From assembly GCA_951406725.2 (NCBI GenBank), contig OX597814.1:220224001-220288000 (forward strand): a DNA stretch of 64,000 nt, given 5' to 3'. Position 1 is the first letter of the stretch, and the number at the start of each line of letters is the position of its first letter. The notes under the pieces were generated by a model. It was not told the origin of the DNA, searched no databases, and worked only from the letters and a program-made list of their open reading frames with translations. The stretch comes from Octopus vulgaris. Taxonomy: Eukaryota. A program made the position numbers and the translations under genes. Shown piece after piece: positions 27,332 through 41,165 of this stretch.

Positions 27332-27536
27332 ATACCACATAGAGTCATCTAAGAATCCCACAACTCCTCAAAAATAAATAAAAGACAAATAAACAAACCT
27401 TTCCAAGTACTTTTATAGTAAAGTACTACTTATGAATATAGTCAACTTCAACTGAACTAGATTTAGTGAAGTACAGACACATGTTATGCTGTATCTCAGA
27501 AGTGTCATTGTGCCATTGATTCAAGCACTAATATAG

Positions 27537-28005
27537 ACACACACACACACACACACGCACACACATACATACACAGACATGCACACACACACACATGCAC
27601 ACACACACACACACACGCACACACACACACATATGCACGCACACACATGCACACACACATGCACACACACACATGCACACACACATGCACACACACACAC
27701 ACATATGCACACACACATGCACACACACACATGCACACACACGCACACACATACACACACACATGCACACACACATGCACACACACGCGCACACACATAC
27801 ACACACACATGCACACACACATGCACACACATGCACACACACACACACATATGCACACACACACACACATATGCGCACACACACATGCACATACACACAC
27901 ACACATGCACGAACACACACATGCACACGCACACACATGCACGCACGAACACACACATGCACACACACACACACACACACACATATGCACACACACACAT
28001 GCACA
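27537..28005. repeat. (CA)n/ATGC compound microsatellite
   Basis: Seen directly. Confidence 0.95.
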
Positions 28006-28896
28006 CCTCTTCTGAATTTGATTTCCTATGCTTAACTCCAAAATTTAATTTAAATCATGCTCTGACAGTTACAAAACCTCATTCTGTTATTCTGTTATTC
28101 TGTTATTCTGATCATTCTGTCATTTTGTTATTCTGTTATTCTGATCTGTCTCATTTATGTTTCCATTTATTTGTGGCATACAAACTAGTCATAACAGTTT
28201 TGGATGTTTGTTTTTTTTTTATTGTTAACAGCATCAGAATTGCAAGTATACATACACATATGTTAATATATACACACACACACATATACATATATATACA
28301 TACATGTATAAGTACATACACAAACGTGTATGAGTCTGTGTATATATATACATATATATATAAATAAAAATTTGTATATATCTTTCGTTGCTCATTTGGC
28401 ACAAGTCAAGTAAGTCTCCACTATCACATTAATATATTCAGTTTTTCAAATATCTCACAGCTGCATACAAACTGGCCTTCTGTTTTGATATTTAGAACTA
28501 AAAATATCTAGTGAAATACAGAATACTAAACTTTTCTGACAATTACAAATAACACCATATTACACACACACACACATATGTAAATATATATAGTATATGC
28601 ATACACACACACACATATTATCTTTATTTATGTTTCTTGTTCCCTCCCAATACAAGTAAAATACAACACTCGGCAGATGCACAACTTAAGAGCAGAACTT
28701 TAATGCAAGTCTAATGAAGTGCTACTCCAATGTTTAAAACTGCAGATATTATGCAACCTTTCCCATGGCACTTTTGCATCAATTAGCACTAAAACACAGA
28801 GTTGGTATAGAGACAATAGTAACTGGTCATTAAAGATGTAATAAATGCCTTTTGGATTATATACACACACAAATAAATATATATATAGAGAGGGAG

Positions 28897-28940
<44 letters not shown>

Positions 28941-28944
<4 letters not shown>

Positions 28945-29180
28945 TCATCGTTTAGATTTCCGCTTTCCATGCTAGCATGGGTTGGACGGTTCAACAGGGG
29001 GTCTGTGAAGCCAGAAGGCTGCACCAGGCTGAGTCTGATCTGGCAATGTTTCTACAGCTGGATGCCCTTCCTAACGCCAACCACTCCGTGAGTGTAATGG
29101 GTGCTTTTTACGTGCCACCAGCACAGGTGCCAGACGAGGCAGGCAAACGGCCACGATCGGATGGTGCTTTTTACGTGCCA
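28941..29180 (-). mobile_element. Family C
   Basis: Same motifs. Confidence 0.8.
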
Positions 29181-29428
29181 TATATATACTGAGAGAGAGA
29201 CATATATATGCAGAGAGAGGGAGAGAAATGGAGGAAAAGAGACACAAACATATATATGTAATCCAATGAAAAGAAGAAGAAATTTAACACATCTTTAATT
29301 ATAATTTACAATTGTTTCTATACCATCTCTATTTGCAACACCAGTTTATGCAAAAATTCTAAATGAGAATTCATGTAATATTATAAGTTTCAGGCAATGG
29401 AGAGACACTTCATCAAAGGTGTGTTATA

Positions 29429-30308
29429 CTGGGTCATCCCATAAATAATGCAGATTTTTCAATTGCACAAACTAAAAGTCGGAGGGGGATGGGATAAACT
29501 ACCTGCATCAACTTGCTATAAAAGCAGGTAGTAATTTTACCTTGTACTTATTCTTAATAAGGCAACAAGCTGGCAGAAACGTTAGCACGACGGGCGAAAT
29601 GCGTAGTCGTTCCGAGTTCAAATTTCACCGAAGTGGACATTGCCTTTCATCCTTTTGGGGTCGATAAATTATGTACCAGTTACGCACTGGGGTTGATGTA
29701 ATCAACTTAATCCCTTTGTCTGTCCTTGTTTGTCCCCTCTATGTTTAGCCCCTTGTGGGTAGTAAAGAAATATATTCTTAATACAAGTTTTGAAGAGTGC
29801 AGTTCTATTTTAACAGTTTTCTTTTTCAAAGCTATAATGGAAGTGTCAAAGGAGCATATTCGGCACATTTTGCTTTATGAGTTCAATAAAGGCAACAATG
29901 GAAAGTGTAAGGAATATTAATGCAGTATATGGGGACTGGACAATAAGTGTAAGCCAGTGTCAACGGTGGTTCCAGAAATTCAGAGCCAGGAACTACAGCC
30001 TAGAAGATGAGCCTTGTTCTGGAAGATCTGCAGAGCTCAACGAGAATGTCCTGCAAACCCTGGTGGAACAAAATCCCACTGTAACTGTTGAGGAACCAGC
30101 TGAGAAGCTTGGATTTAGTCATTCAACCATTCATCAACACCTGCGTGCCATTAGAAAAGTCAGTAAATTGGGTCAATGGGTTCTTCACAAAACTTTCTGT
30201 GTTTAATTGTGCAGAGAGAGTGAATGTGTGCTCTTCTTTGTTTCATGTCTTATGAATGAATCCTATTTGGACTGAATAGTGATTGGTGATGAGAAATGGG
30301 TTCACTAT
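29429..30308 (+). mobile_element. Mariner transposon, left part (TIR plus HTH N-terminus, pseudogenised)
   Basis: TA then ctgggtcatcccataaataatgcag TIR. MEVSKEHIRHILLYEFNKG, RWFQKFR..NYSLEDEPCSGRS, KVSKLGQWVLH; ends at IVIGDEKWV. Confidence 0.88.
29560..29772 (+). mobile_element. SINE family D inserted in the mariner 5' region
   Basis: 11-bp TSD tattcttaata at 29549-29559 and 29773-29783. Confidence 0.85.
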
Positions 30309-31156
30309 GCCCTCTTGACCCAGGGCAGCACTACTTCCTCCAGGCACTTGATGTAGGCCTCTGTGTTGAGTCTGAGGCTGTGTGGGAAGATGAAAGGAGG
30401 CATAACATCACCATCACTAGTGATCACTCCAAACACCATGATGTTGACCGGATATTTGATTTTTATCACTCTCGGTACATGTTTTGGGGACACAGCAAGC
30501 CAACGGTTGTTCTGTGTATTCACCATCTGATCCCGGCAGAAATTTTTCTCGTCTGAGAAAAATCAAAGCATGTTCAGTTGGAGGGGGACGCTTGATTTTG
30601 TTCAAAAGCTTCATAGTGCAGTCTTTCCTCTTGTTCTTGATGGCTTGAGATATAAATTGGCCGTTTCTCATCTTTTTTGAGGAATATCGAATGTCTTCAT
30701 GCCTTACCTGCGTAATAAGAAACTCAGACACTCCCATATCCCTGCTGATGGACCTGATTGACTTGGAAGGATCGATGTAAATCATGGCCTGGATGTCACC
30801 AACAAATTCAGGAGTTCTTTTCTTATCAGAACGACCAGAGTGAGTTTTCCAAGCTACCATACCTTCATAATCACCATTAAACTCATCCAATTCTTTCTGA
30901 ATCCTCTGCACTTTCCTCTGATTGACACCCAAACATTCTGAAACGGTCATATTGGAGCTTCTGGCGTGAATGCCAAGTGGTACAGTATGTTGTTTCCAAA
31001 TTTCTGGCAGAGTGAATTGTGTCATGGTGCTGTTTTTCTCACGGACAGTGCCCAACTGACCCTACTATACTGTGCAACTGGCAAAATCAAAAACAAACAA
31101 TGCACATGCATGAAATTAAAAATATAAAATGGCAACAATTTATCCATTGCACCCTG
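30309..31156 (-). mobile_element. Tc1/mariner superfamily remnant, probably maT/DD37D type (5' part)
   Basis: End cagggtgcaatggataaattg. FFSDEKNF, NTQNNRW, IMVFGVITSDGDVMPPFIF, LNTEAYIKCLEEVVLPW; frameshifted. Confidence 0.8.
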
Positions 31157-31159
31157 AAT

Positions 31160-31692
31160 TGGACGCTAAACTCTGCTTGCGAAGACCTATTGAGGCAAGT
31201 GAAATCGAAATCAAAATCAAATTCAATGACTGGCATCCATGCTAGTTGAGCACTAAGAGCACCATTCGAGCATGATCATTGCCAGAGCAACAAACTGGCT
31301 TCCGTGCCGGTGGCACGTAAAAAGCACCATCTGAGCATGATAGTTACCTGCATCGCCTTACTGGCACTTGTGCTGGTGGCACGTGAAAAAACATTCGAGT
31401 GAGGTCGTTGCCAGTGCCACTGGACCGGCTTCTGTGCAGGTGGCACATAAAAAGCACCATTTGAGCGTGGCCGTTGCCAGTACCGCCTGACTGGCCCTCT
31501 TGCCGGTGGCACGTAAAAGCACCCACTACACTCTCGGACTGGTTGGCATTGGGAAGGGCATCCAGCTGTCAAAACTCTGCCAGATCAGATTGGAGCCTGG
31601 TGCAGCCATATGGTTCGCCAGACTTCAGTCAAATTGTCCAACCCATGCTAGCATGGAAAGTGGATGTTAAACGATGATGGTGATGATGATGA
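31160..31692 (+). mobile_element. Family C (long copy with several internal units)
   Basis: At least four ggtggcac(g/a)t...aaa units before the conserved tail. Confidence 0.8.
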
Positions 31693-31809
31693 TATATATA
31701 TATATATATATATGGAAGCAGAAGGAGCTGGTTTCACTTGCCTTAACACAGTACTCTTTGCTTGTGGTGTAATTTGACACCTTTCTTCTTAGGTAAATAT
31801 TTTGTAATA

Positions 31810-32213
31810 GACCTTTTTGTACCTTGGTGTGAAATAATTTTTTCTCATGAGTTTTTATGAGTACATCCAATGTATCTGACCTCCAAACCCACTGCAAGCC
31901 ACTTTTTTCCGGAAAAGAAAGGTGGGGTGGGGGACTTCAGAGTTCCCCACCAATGAAGTTTATTTTGCAGGTTTTGCTTTTCTTTTCCAGGTTATTTCAC
32001 ATACTTTCAATGAATGTGACACTGAAATCACGCGCAAACGGCACCTTCCTCTGAAAAGGAAAGATTTAGCTGCTATTTCTAGCTTGCCCTACGACCACAT
32101 AACAGCTTTTTGTGAGAAAAAAACCTGCTGATATTTTGCTGTGAAATAATTTTTTGACCCCTCCCCCACTTACTTTGGAAAAAAATTATTTCGTACTGAG
32201 GTACAAAAGGGTC
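31810..32213. mobile_element. MITE-like element with ~35-bp imperfect TIRs
   Basis: gacctttttgtaccttggtgtgaaataattttttc versus gaaaaaaattatttcgtactgaggtacaaaagggtc. Confidence 0.6.
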
Positions 32214-32246
32214 CTTTACCCATGATTATTTACTGATACGCAAATT

Positions 32247-32630
32247 TGGAAGCACTCCGTCGGTTACAACGACGAGGGTTCCGGTTGATCCGAATCAACG
32301 GAACAGCCTGCTCGTGAAATTAACGTGTAAGTGGCTGAGCACTCCACAGACACGTGCACCCTTAACGTAGTTCTCGGGGATATTCAGCGTGACACAGAGA
32401 GTGAGAAGGCCGGCCCCTTGAAATACAGGTACAACAGAAACAGGAAGTAAGAGTGAGAGAAAGTTGTGGTGAAAGAGTACAGCAGGGATCACCACCATCT
32501 CCTGCCAGAGCCTCATGGTGCTTTAGGTGTTTTCGCTCAATAAACACTCACAACGCCCGGTCTGGGAATCGAAACCGCGATCCTACAACTGCGAGTCCAC
32601 TGCCCTAACCACTGGGCCATTGTGCCTCCA
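32247..32630 (-). mobile_element. SINE family A
   Basis: Near-identical to the other family A copies. Confidence 0.9.
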
Positions 32631-32870
32631 CACCAGTACAGAAGACTGTAAACAATGAAAGTAGCTGTAGTTATCTTCTTGGTACCAGAAATTGTTACAA
32701 CATGGTTATTGACTGATACACAAATACACCGGTACAGCATCTTTGTTTGACCCTTCAGCTTTTGTAACATTTTGATTATGTATTGGTGTACATAAATACA
32801 CTAGTACAGAAGATCGTAAACAATGAAAGGAGCTGTAATAATTTTTTTGGTACCAGACATCGTTACAACA
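32630..32870. repeat. Diverged ~70-bp direct duplication
   Basis: agtacagaaga..gtaaacaatgaaag.agctgta...ttggtaccaga...gttacaaca occurs twice, about 170 bp apart. Confidence 0.7.
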
Positions 32871-33151
32871 GTAAATGCTAGACAGAATGGTTGACAGAAT
32901 GAAGAGAGAAGGATAGAGATGTGTTGTTGTATAAAATGTCCTTTACTATTTCATATGCAATGAACACGCAAACACACACAGATTCATATACAAAATGTGA
33001 TGTTGTGGTGATGGTATAAAATTTACTATAGTTGACTATAGAAAGATTATTTTCGAGAAAATGTTATATCGTTTCAATCCAAATGAAAATAAAAATTACA
33101 TGCTGACTCATGACAAACAGAGAGATAAAGAATTTTATATATATATATATA

Positions 33152-33535
33152 CTAGCAGTATCGCCCGGCGTTGCTCAGGTTTGTAAGGGAAATAACAATA
33201 AAGCATTTTTAGAGAGTTATAGCTAAAAAATAGCAAAAAAATGGAAAAAAATGATGGTAAATTTTTTTTGAGATTAAAAAAAGGTGGAGTTGCGTCCCCT
33301 AGACAGTTTGTGGTTCCTGTTTCTGATTCTCAACCCCATGTCGAATTTATTGATTTTTTTCAGAACTGGGGAAACTTTTCAAAATTTTCGCTGCGTTAGT
33401 TTTGAATTATGACATTGGGCTATGTGTGTGTCAAGTTTCATCAGAATCGGTTGAAAGCCGTGGTCAGGGTGAGGGTACGAGAAAACAGACACACAGAAAC
33501 ACGCACAGACAAACTGCCGTTTATATATAGAGAGA
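33152..33535 (-). mobile_element. Non-autonomous Helitron, same 3' end but different 5' body
   Basis: ctagcagtatcgcccggcgttgctc is shared; sequence after about 33270 is unrelated to the other two copies. Confidence 0.72.
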
Positions 33536-33816
33536 TATATATAGATATCTATGTATATGTATGATTGCATGTATGTATGCACACACACACACGTATAAAT
33601 ATATATATAGAGATGTATGTATATACATATATATACATGCAAACATACAACAGGCTTCTTTCGGTTTCTGTCAACCAAATCAGCGCAGATTGCCTTTGTT
33701 GGCCTGGTGCTACAATAGAAGACAATTGCCAGAAAGCTGTCAAGCAGTGGGACTATACCCGCAACCGGTTGGTTGGGAAGCATACTTCGTAACTATGCAA
33801 CCATGTGTAAATAAAT

Positions 33817-33847
<31 letters not shown>

Positions 33848-34042
33848 GATGCACCACTAGTGACGCCTGGCTACCCATTGCCTTTTGAACATGTATGCAC
33901 ATCAATATGTGTAGGAGTTATTTGTTTCTGATGAATAGAGTCTTGCTTCTCTCGCTAGACTCCCTGAATCCGACTGAGTTTCCCATAGGTAAGGTTGCTC
34001 GTAAACAAATAAATAAATGCACACACACACATACACATACAT

Positions 34043-34103
<61 letters not shown>

Positions 34104-34228
34104 TATACATACACACACACACACAAACACACATGTGCTATCCATCTATCTTATATATATAATATTTTTACTCTATTTCAATATGTATGAGATTTAGTGT
34201 GAAGGCTTCAAAAACTAATATCACTTAC

Positions 34229-34396
34229 TCTTAACAAGAAGATACATTTTAGATTGGATGATTCCCATTTCATTGAATGCAACAAACTTATAGAAGCCCG
34301 TATCATCCGGTTTGCTGTTAGCGATAAGTAAGAGGTCAGGTTGAACCAACTGTAAACGACCTGTGCTGCTAATGTTCTCCCAGTCATTACCAATAT
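34229..34396 (-). CDS. sdk: Sidekick-like exon: C-terminal half of Ig5
   Basis: Acceptor gaattttcag|AT, donor AAGA|gtaagt. 168 bp, phase 1->1. Translation (Y)IGNDWENISSTGRLQLVQPDLLLIANSKPDDTGFYKFVAFNEMGIIQSKMYLLVK. Confidence 0.9.
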
Positions 34397-34724
34397 CTGA
34401 AAATTCAAGAAAAATATTTAAAAAGTTAATATTTATCATTTAAAAAATGTTTTTTAGTTCCAAATCAGCCCACATCAAGCAAACTAGATTTTTGCAAATC
34501 AACATCTACAGGTGTTCACTGGCAATAGTCTAGTATGTTTGTGGGAGGAAATTCCAGAGAACCAATTTTTTTGAGAAAAAGGACTGAGAATAATGGTCAG
34601 TACAGCCACATCAGGAAAACTTTGATCAAAGCCGTTCTAGAATGGATCAACCTATCTTTGAATTACTGTGTTCACTTTAGGATGGGTCCTGTTTTTGACA
34701 AAAATATCTGGCTGATAACATTAA

Positions 34725-34946
34725 CTCTTTAGCATTTAAACCGGCCATATCCGGCCAAAAGTATTCTGCCTGTTTTATGTTCAAACTGGCCAGATCTGGT
34801 CTTTCATACCAACTCTACAATATCATTCTAAAAATTAACAGGTACCTCATCAAGATCTCATAGCTACAAGATTAATGCCTGATTAGTTCAAGGCAATGTG
34901 GATAAAAAGGGATTCATTTTGGCAGAATAATGCGAACACTAAAGGG
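34725..34946 (+). mobile_element. piggyBac-type MITE, second family (diverged)
   Basis: TTAA flanks; colinear with 14196-14414. Confidence 0.78.
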
Positions 34947-35728
34947 TTAAGCAAAAGATATAATAACTTGAGCATGTGAAGCTCCTGGTAGCTTTGAAAA
35001 CAGTATCATTTGATAACAGTAATGTGTCATTATAACAAGTCACTTTTGTTGTAAGAAGCAGATGCCCAAAACTAGATAGCAGTAACACCACCCACAGAAT
35101 TGTTTTTGTTCAAATAGTATAGTTTTGTGAGAAGTAGTTGACAGATTCTGTTATCTTGGTGATCTAATCAGCAATGAAGGTGGGAGGTGTAGTAGCACTG
35201 GAGCTAGAGTGAGAGCAGGACACAAACAGTTCAGGAAGTTATTATTTCAGTTATAAACAAAGGAATTGTTTCTTTAACCAAAGACGAAGAGACATAGACA
35301 AACATGGACATAACTGGAGCAAGAGAAATCAGTCATGGCATGCAAGACTGCATTGGTTTAGACATAAGACATGTATGAAGGAAATAGTTGTGTGAGGTGC
35401 CAAATAGAATAAGAGAAAGGAACATCTGAAAGAGGCTGACTGAAGAAAATAATGTGGATGAGGTCTTCCAGAATACCAAACATCATAAAGGTGACGCCAT
35501 GGGAAGACATGAAACTACAACAAACAGAAATTCATTGTGTTGGACAAGAGCTCCCTAACCTATGAAAATATGAAAAAACACGCATAAATAGGTGTGTGAG
35601 TGAGTAAATACTCTTTTCACTATTACTGGTTGAATATCAAGAGCTGAAACTTTTGTTTCTAAGATAAATTTCGAACTGAGTGTTACAAAATACTCAGAAT
35701 CATTTTCTTAACCTATGTTTTCCAAAAA

Positions 35729-35757
<29 letters not shown>

Positions 35758-35759
<2 letters not shown>

Positions 35760-35817
35760 TGAGCTAGCTTCAATTATATATATATATATATATATATATA
35801 ATTGAAGCTAGCTCATA
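35758..35817. repeat. Perfect 60-bp palindrome
   Basis: tatgagctagcttcaat-(ta)13-attgaagctagctcata. Confidence 0.92.
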
Positions 35818-38185
35818 ATAGGTTTGTATACATTATATATATCTATATACAAATATATATACATACACACACACATTAAGTGTGTGTGTGTATATATATG
35901 GTTGAAACAACTTTGTATATGTTTATGCAGTTGAAAACATTTATCCTGAATTACACAATGAGAGGTATAATTCTATTTAGTTCTAAATTTTTTCCAATAC
36001 CATTTTACTTACTTTGTCTGTCTAGACAGTTATTTATTTTTTTTTTTTTTCAATAGTTTTCCATTTTCTTTTTGTAATGTAGATATCATTTTGCTTCAGA
36101 CTCGCTTTACCAAATGTTACTCCTCAAATTAAAACACAATTAAAATTAGTGTGATAAGTAAATTCTGTTTATTTTAAACAATTCTTTTCACTATGGTGGG
36201 TTTTTTTCATTTGTTATGTAGAAAAACTTCTACATCTAGTTAAGATACTTTTTTGTATTTTTTAATAATTAATCTTAGCCATAATGTTATAATTATCTGA
36301 AATACACATTTGTTTTCCTGGGCTAGACTTTTGACACACATGTATATCTATTTGACATTTTCCTTATAATATTTTGCCTTAATTTTCCTTTTATATCTTT
36401 CTACATTTGTCTTCTTACATAAATACATTAAAATCTTTGCTTTTCACCTCTTTTCTTTTACATTATTATATTTCAAAGCTCACATTGTCGCTTATCTACA
36501 TAGGTATTGACTCTGTTCAGGTTTAGCGATAATACCAAGATGGAAGAGATGTGGAAGTTTCTAGATACAGGAGTTATATTACATGGAAGACCACAGCCAA
36601 TAGATAGCAGTAATGATCCAGAATAGGAATTACATGAAAACAATAGCAGTAAGAGCATAGGAAATGAGTTTGGAGAAAACATTTCACTCAAATCCTTCAG
36701 ACATTCTTTTGCAATGACTATTAAGAAACATTAAAGCCAGTGTGAACCCTAAGAGATACACTTCATCTTAAAGTCAATTATAAATCTTTCATAATAGGTA
36801 GTGAAAACAATTGGTATATACAAAGTTACCTATATAAAATGTACTAGACTCATCTGGAGCTCTTGCACTGACTCTATTTGCTAAGCTTCATTATCACTAA
36901 GGATCTCTCCTGGCAAAAGCACATCCTTAGCATAGCTTGGATTGCATCCCATGACTAGATCTACTCTTCAGGGCCAAAGGATATTTCAGCCTCTAACAGC
37001 TGCTGACACATCTATAAGGTCCAAGTGAGATCTACAATGGAGTATTGCCTCCACAATTAGGATGGGGTGACTGCTATGTACACATATTCTGGGCAGCATC
37101 CAAAGACAGGCCACAAAGACAAGCTCCAGCCTTTGCTTCCCAAACATGCTCTATCATTTACCATTTCTCTCTCTTTTTTATTGCTACTTTATGGCCTCAG
37201 TTCCTTGCAGCTGGTTCATCTTGTACTTCTTCCGCCCACTTGCTTCTCTACTTTTCATTACCCCTGTTGAAGTCAACCTTCCCACTAGGCCCCTGCACTA
37301 ACCATTGGGCCCAGTTGTCTTCTTATCACCAGCTTTTACCTGTTTCAAAGCAAACCAATATTTCTTTCAGTTCTTCAAACAACGAACAGCACAATGACTG
37401 GACATATTTTCAATGAGGACAGCAAATGAAGGACACCGCTTGTATGATGGTGACACTCGTTTACAAATAGTATGCAATGTTATGTCTAGATATTGCAAGG
37501 AAAAGAAGGCGGGTCTGCCTACAGTCCTAGGTTTTACTACATCAGAGCTCACTCAAAGCTAGTTAAACAACAGCTGCATCATTTAAATTAATGAAACTAT
37601 GAGGAAACCACTTTTGTTTTGTTACTAAATCTATGAGAAACAACTGCCAAATGTCTTTCAAATGACATCCTACTTACTACGGCTAATAAAGAAATCTATC
37701 TTAAAAAAAACGAAAGGGCAATGCAGTACTGAGTATACAAAAAAAGGTGGGATTATCATAGTCAGACTACCTTTGATCATAGATCTGTTGGATGAAGGCT
37801 GATATTGAACTAAGCTATATTGATTTTCATCTGCTTCTAATTCAGGCACAAAGCCTGCAAATTTTAGGGGAAAAGATTTATTTTACTGAACCTGAAAGGA
37901 AGAAAGGGGAAGTTGACCTTAGTAGGATTTGAACTAGGGATGTAAAGAGCTGGAATAAATACAGCAAGGCATTTTGTTTGATGCTCTAAAGATCTATCAC
38001 CTTCTAAACAGCAACAACAACAATATCTAAATATGGCAGGAATTTTTGTCATGCTGCCACACATGTACAAACACAGCCAATGATAACTAAGAGAAAGAGG
38101 TGAACAAATTCTATCTGGTTGGAACCTAAATCTCTCACTTGTCATCTTGAAGAATGTGCAAGCAATGAGTGTGCCTTCAGCTTCT

Positions 38186-38615
38186 TCATCATCATCATCA
38201 TCATCATTTAACGTCCGCTTTCCGTGCTAGCATGGGTTGGACGGTTCTACTGGGGTCTGTGAAGCCAGGAGGCTTCATCAGGCCCAGTCAAATCTGGCAG
38301 TGTTTCTACGGCTGGATGCCCTTCCTAACGCCAACCACTCCGTGAGTGTAGTGGATGCTTTTTACGTGCCACCTGCAATCGGCCACGAACGGATGGTGCT
38401 TTTTATGTGCCACCGGCACGGGGGCCAGGCGAGGCTGGCAACGGACACGAACGGATGGTGCTTTTTACATGCCACCCGCAAACGGCCACGAACGGATGGT
38501 GCTTTTTATGTGCCACCGGCACGGGGGCCAGGCGAGGCTGGCAAACGGACACGAACGGATGGTGCTTTTTACGTGCCACCGGCATGAGGCCAGTCGGGGT
38601 GGCGCTGGTAACGGT
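38186..38615 (-). mobile_element. Family C with internal tandem units
   Basis: acgaacggatggtgcttttt occurs four times. Confidence 0.8.
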
Positions 38616-39032
38616 AAACAAATGAATAAAATCTACCCAGTGTTTTGAGTACTTTCTTCTCTCATTTCTACATCTCATCTAAACGTCTGTGTGTATGTTA
38701 GCATACGAGTGTGCATATACATATATATGTAAGTGTGCATTGGTGAGGGTGTGCATATGCTTTTACACATACATATACTCACATCAGTACAGTGAACACA
38801 ATCTGATTTTACAGTAGGAATTTTTTGAGAGGAAAAATGCATGCACACATAACATCGTCAACATTCCTACACAATTGTGGTTGGCTTTTATGTATGCGTG
38901 TGTGTGTATACATCACTTTTACTGGTACCAGCCAAAGGCTGCTGCTATGCTGGGCTCTGCTTTTTGTGTGAGTGGTTTTATTTCACACTCATTTCTCTTG
39001 CTTTCTTTCCAGAACTGCTCCTGGTGAAGTGG

Positions 39033-39417
39033 TGGAAGCACTCCGTCGGTTACGACGACGAGGGTTCCGGCTGATCCGAATCAACGGAACAGCCTGCTCG
39101 TGAAATTAACGTGTAAGTGGCTGAGCACTCCACAGACACGTGTACCCTTAACGTAGTTCTCGGGGATATTCAGCGTGACACAGAGAGTGAGAAGGCCGGC
39201 CCTTTGAAATACAGGTACAACAGAAACAGGAAGTAAGAGTGAGAGAAAGTTGTGGTGAAAGAGTACAGCAGGGATCGCCACCATCCCCTGCCGGAGCCTC
39301 GTGGAGCTTTTAGGTGTTTTTACTCAATAAACACTCACAACGCCTGGTCTGGGAATTGAAACCGCGATCCTATGACCGCGAGTCCGCTGCCCTAACCACT
39401 GGGCCATTGCGCCTCCA
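39033..39417 (-). mobile_element. SINE family A
   Basis: Full length; 12-bp TSD tcctggtgaagt at 39019-39030 and 39418-39429. Confidence 0.9.
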
Positions 39418-39631
39418 TCCTGGTGAAGTAGCAAGCTGAACAGAGCTGCTCTTCTTTGTGTTTCCTGTTGTAATATGAGTCAATCTGGTACTTCAGACAA
39501 AAATTTGTCCAAATGTTCCTTGCAAACATTCACAGCTACACCATATAGATCTCTGAGGTTGTTTGACAGACTGTGGAAAAGTAGTGGGCCCTTTGAGACC
39601 TAATCTGATAGGACCCAATACTAAAACAGCT

Positions 39632-40033
<402 letters not shown>

Positions 40034-40521
40034 ATATAGTACTTTGCATTCAGATCTAGCTATGGAGACTTGGCATGGAAAATAATGTTATCAGTTGTTG
40101 CAGCCACCTGACCATGTTGAAGAGGAGATGATGCAAACCAAGCTCAGAATTTATCTGAGAAGAAACTGCTAAAGAGACACAATGCTCGTTCATATATATA
40201 TATATACATTATTTCATTTATCTTCCATTATATATATACACGTTGAAACCTATAAAATATCGAAGAGTAAGTTTTACAAATATATCCCACTGATATACCA
40301 TGGCAATATTGTCAAATGGGATGAAGCCATATTACAACTATCATCATGGTAACATTTACTACAGCAGGTAATAAACAAAAAAAATGAAAAAAAAAGAAAA
40401 AAAAGAAGTCACCTGCAGTAATGAATTTAGTTTCACTTAAAGCTCATACTTCTTGCAAACAAAAGAATCACTGACAGCAAATGGCATGAAAAATGAGGTA
40501 AGAATTAATTATTCTGACCAA

Positions 40522-41010
40522 AGGAGTGGCTGTGTGGTAAGTAGCTTGGAGTGGCTGTGTGGTGCAGGAGCGGCTGTGTGGCGCAGGAGTGGCTGTGTGG
40601 TGCAGGAGTGGCTGTGTGGTAAGTAGCTTGCTTACCAACCACATGGTTCCGGGTTCAGTCCCACTGCGTGGCACCTTGGGCAAGTGTCTTCTGCTATAGC
40701 CTCGGGCCGACCAAAGCCTTGTGAGTGGATTTGGTAGATGGAAACTGAAAGAAGCCCGTCGTATATATGTATATATATATGTATGTGTGTGTGTGTTTGT
40801 GTGTCTGTGTTTGTCCCCCAAACATCGCTTGACAACCGATGCTGGTGTGTTTATGTTCCCGTTACTTAGCAGTTCGGCAAAAGAGACCGTTAGAATAAGT
40901 ACTGGGCTTACAAAGAATAAGTCCTGGGGTCGATTTGCTCGACTAAAAAAGGCGGTGCTCCAGCATGGCCGCAGTCAAATGACTGAAACAAGTAAAAGAG
41001 TAAAAGAGAG
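40522..41010 (+). mobile_element. SINE family B with multimerised 5' head
   Basis: ggag(t/c)ggctgtgtgg occurs five times before the body; the tail ends about 35 bp from the donor of exon 41046-41165. Confidence 0.88.
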
Positions 41011-41045
41011 AGTAAATGACAAGAAGAGAAGAGAGAGATACTCAC

Positions 41046-41165
41046 AACGGGACCAAATAACACTTGGGCCTGGTGCTCCTTTAACATTAACTGTAAGTCG
41101 CACATCTGATCCTTCCCAAACAGTTTGATTGATTAATTTTGATCCTAGCATTTCTGGAGGTGAAC
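41046..41165 (-). CDS. sdk: Sidekick-like exon: N-terminal half of Ig5 (this frame is not in the ORF track)
   Basis: Acceptor tttccttcag|GT, donor CGTT|gtgagt. 120 bp, phase 1->1. Translation (S)SPPEMLGSKLINQTVWEGSDVRLTVNVKGAPGPSVIWSR has the Sdk Ig5-like GAPxPxxxW motif and joins both neighbouring exons in frame. Confidence 0.9.
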
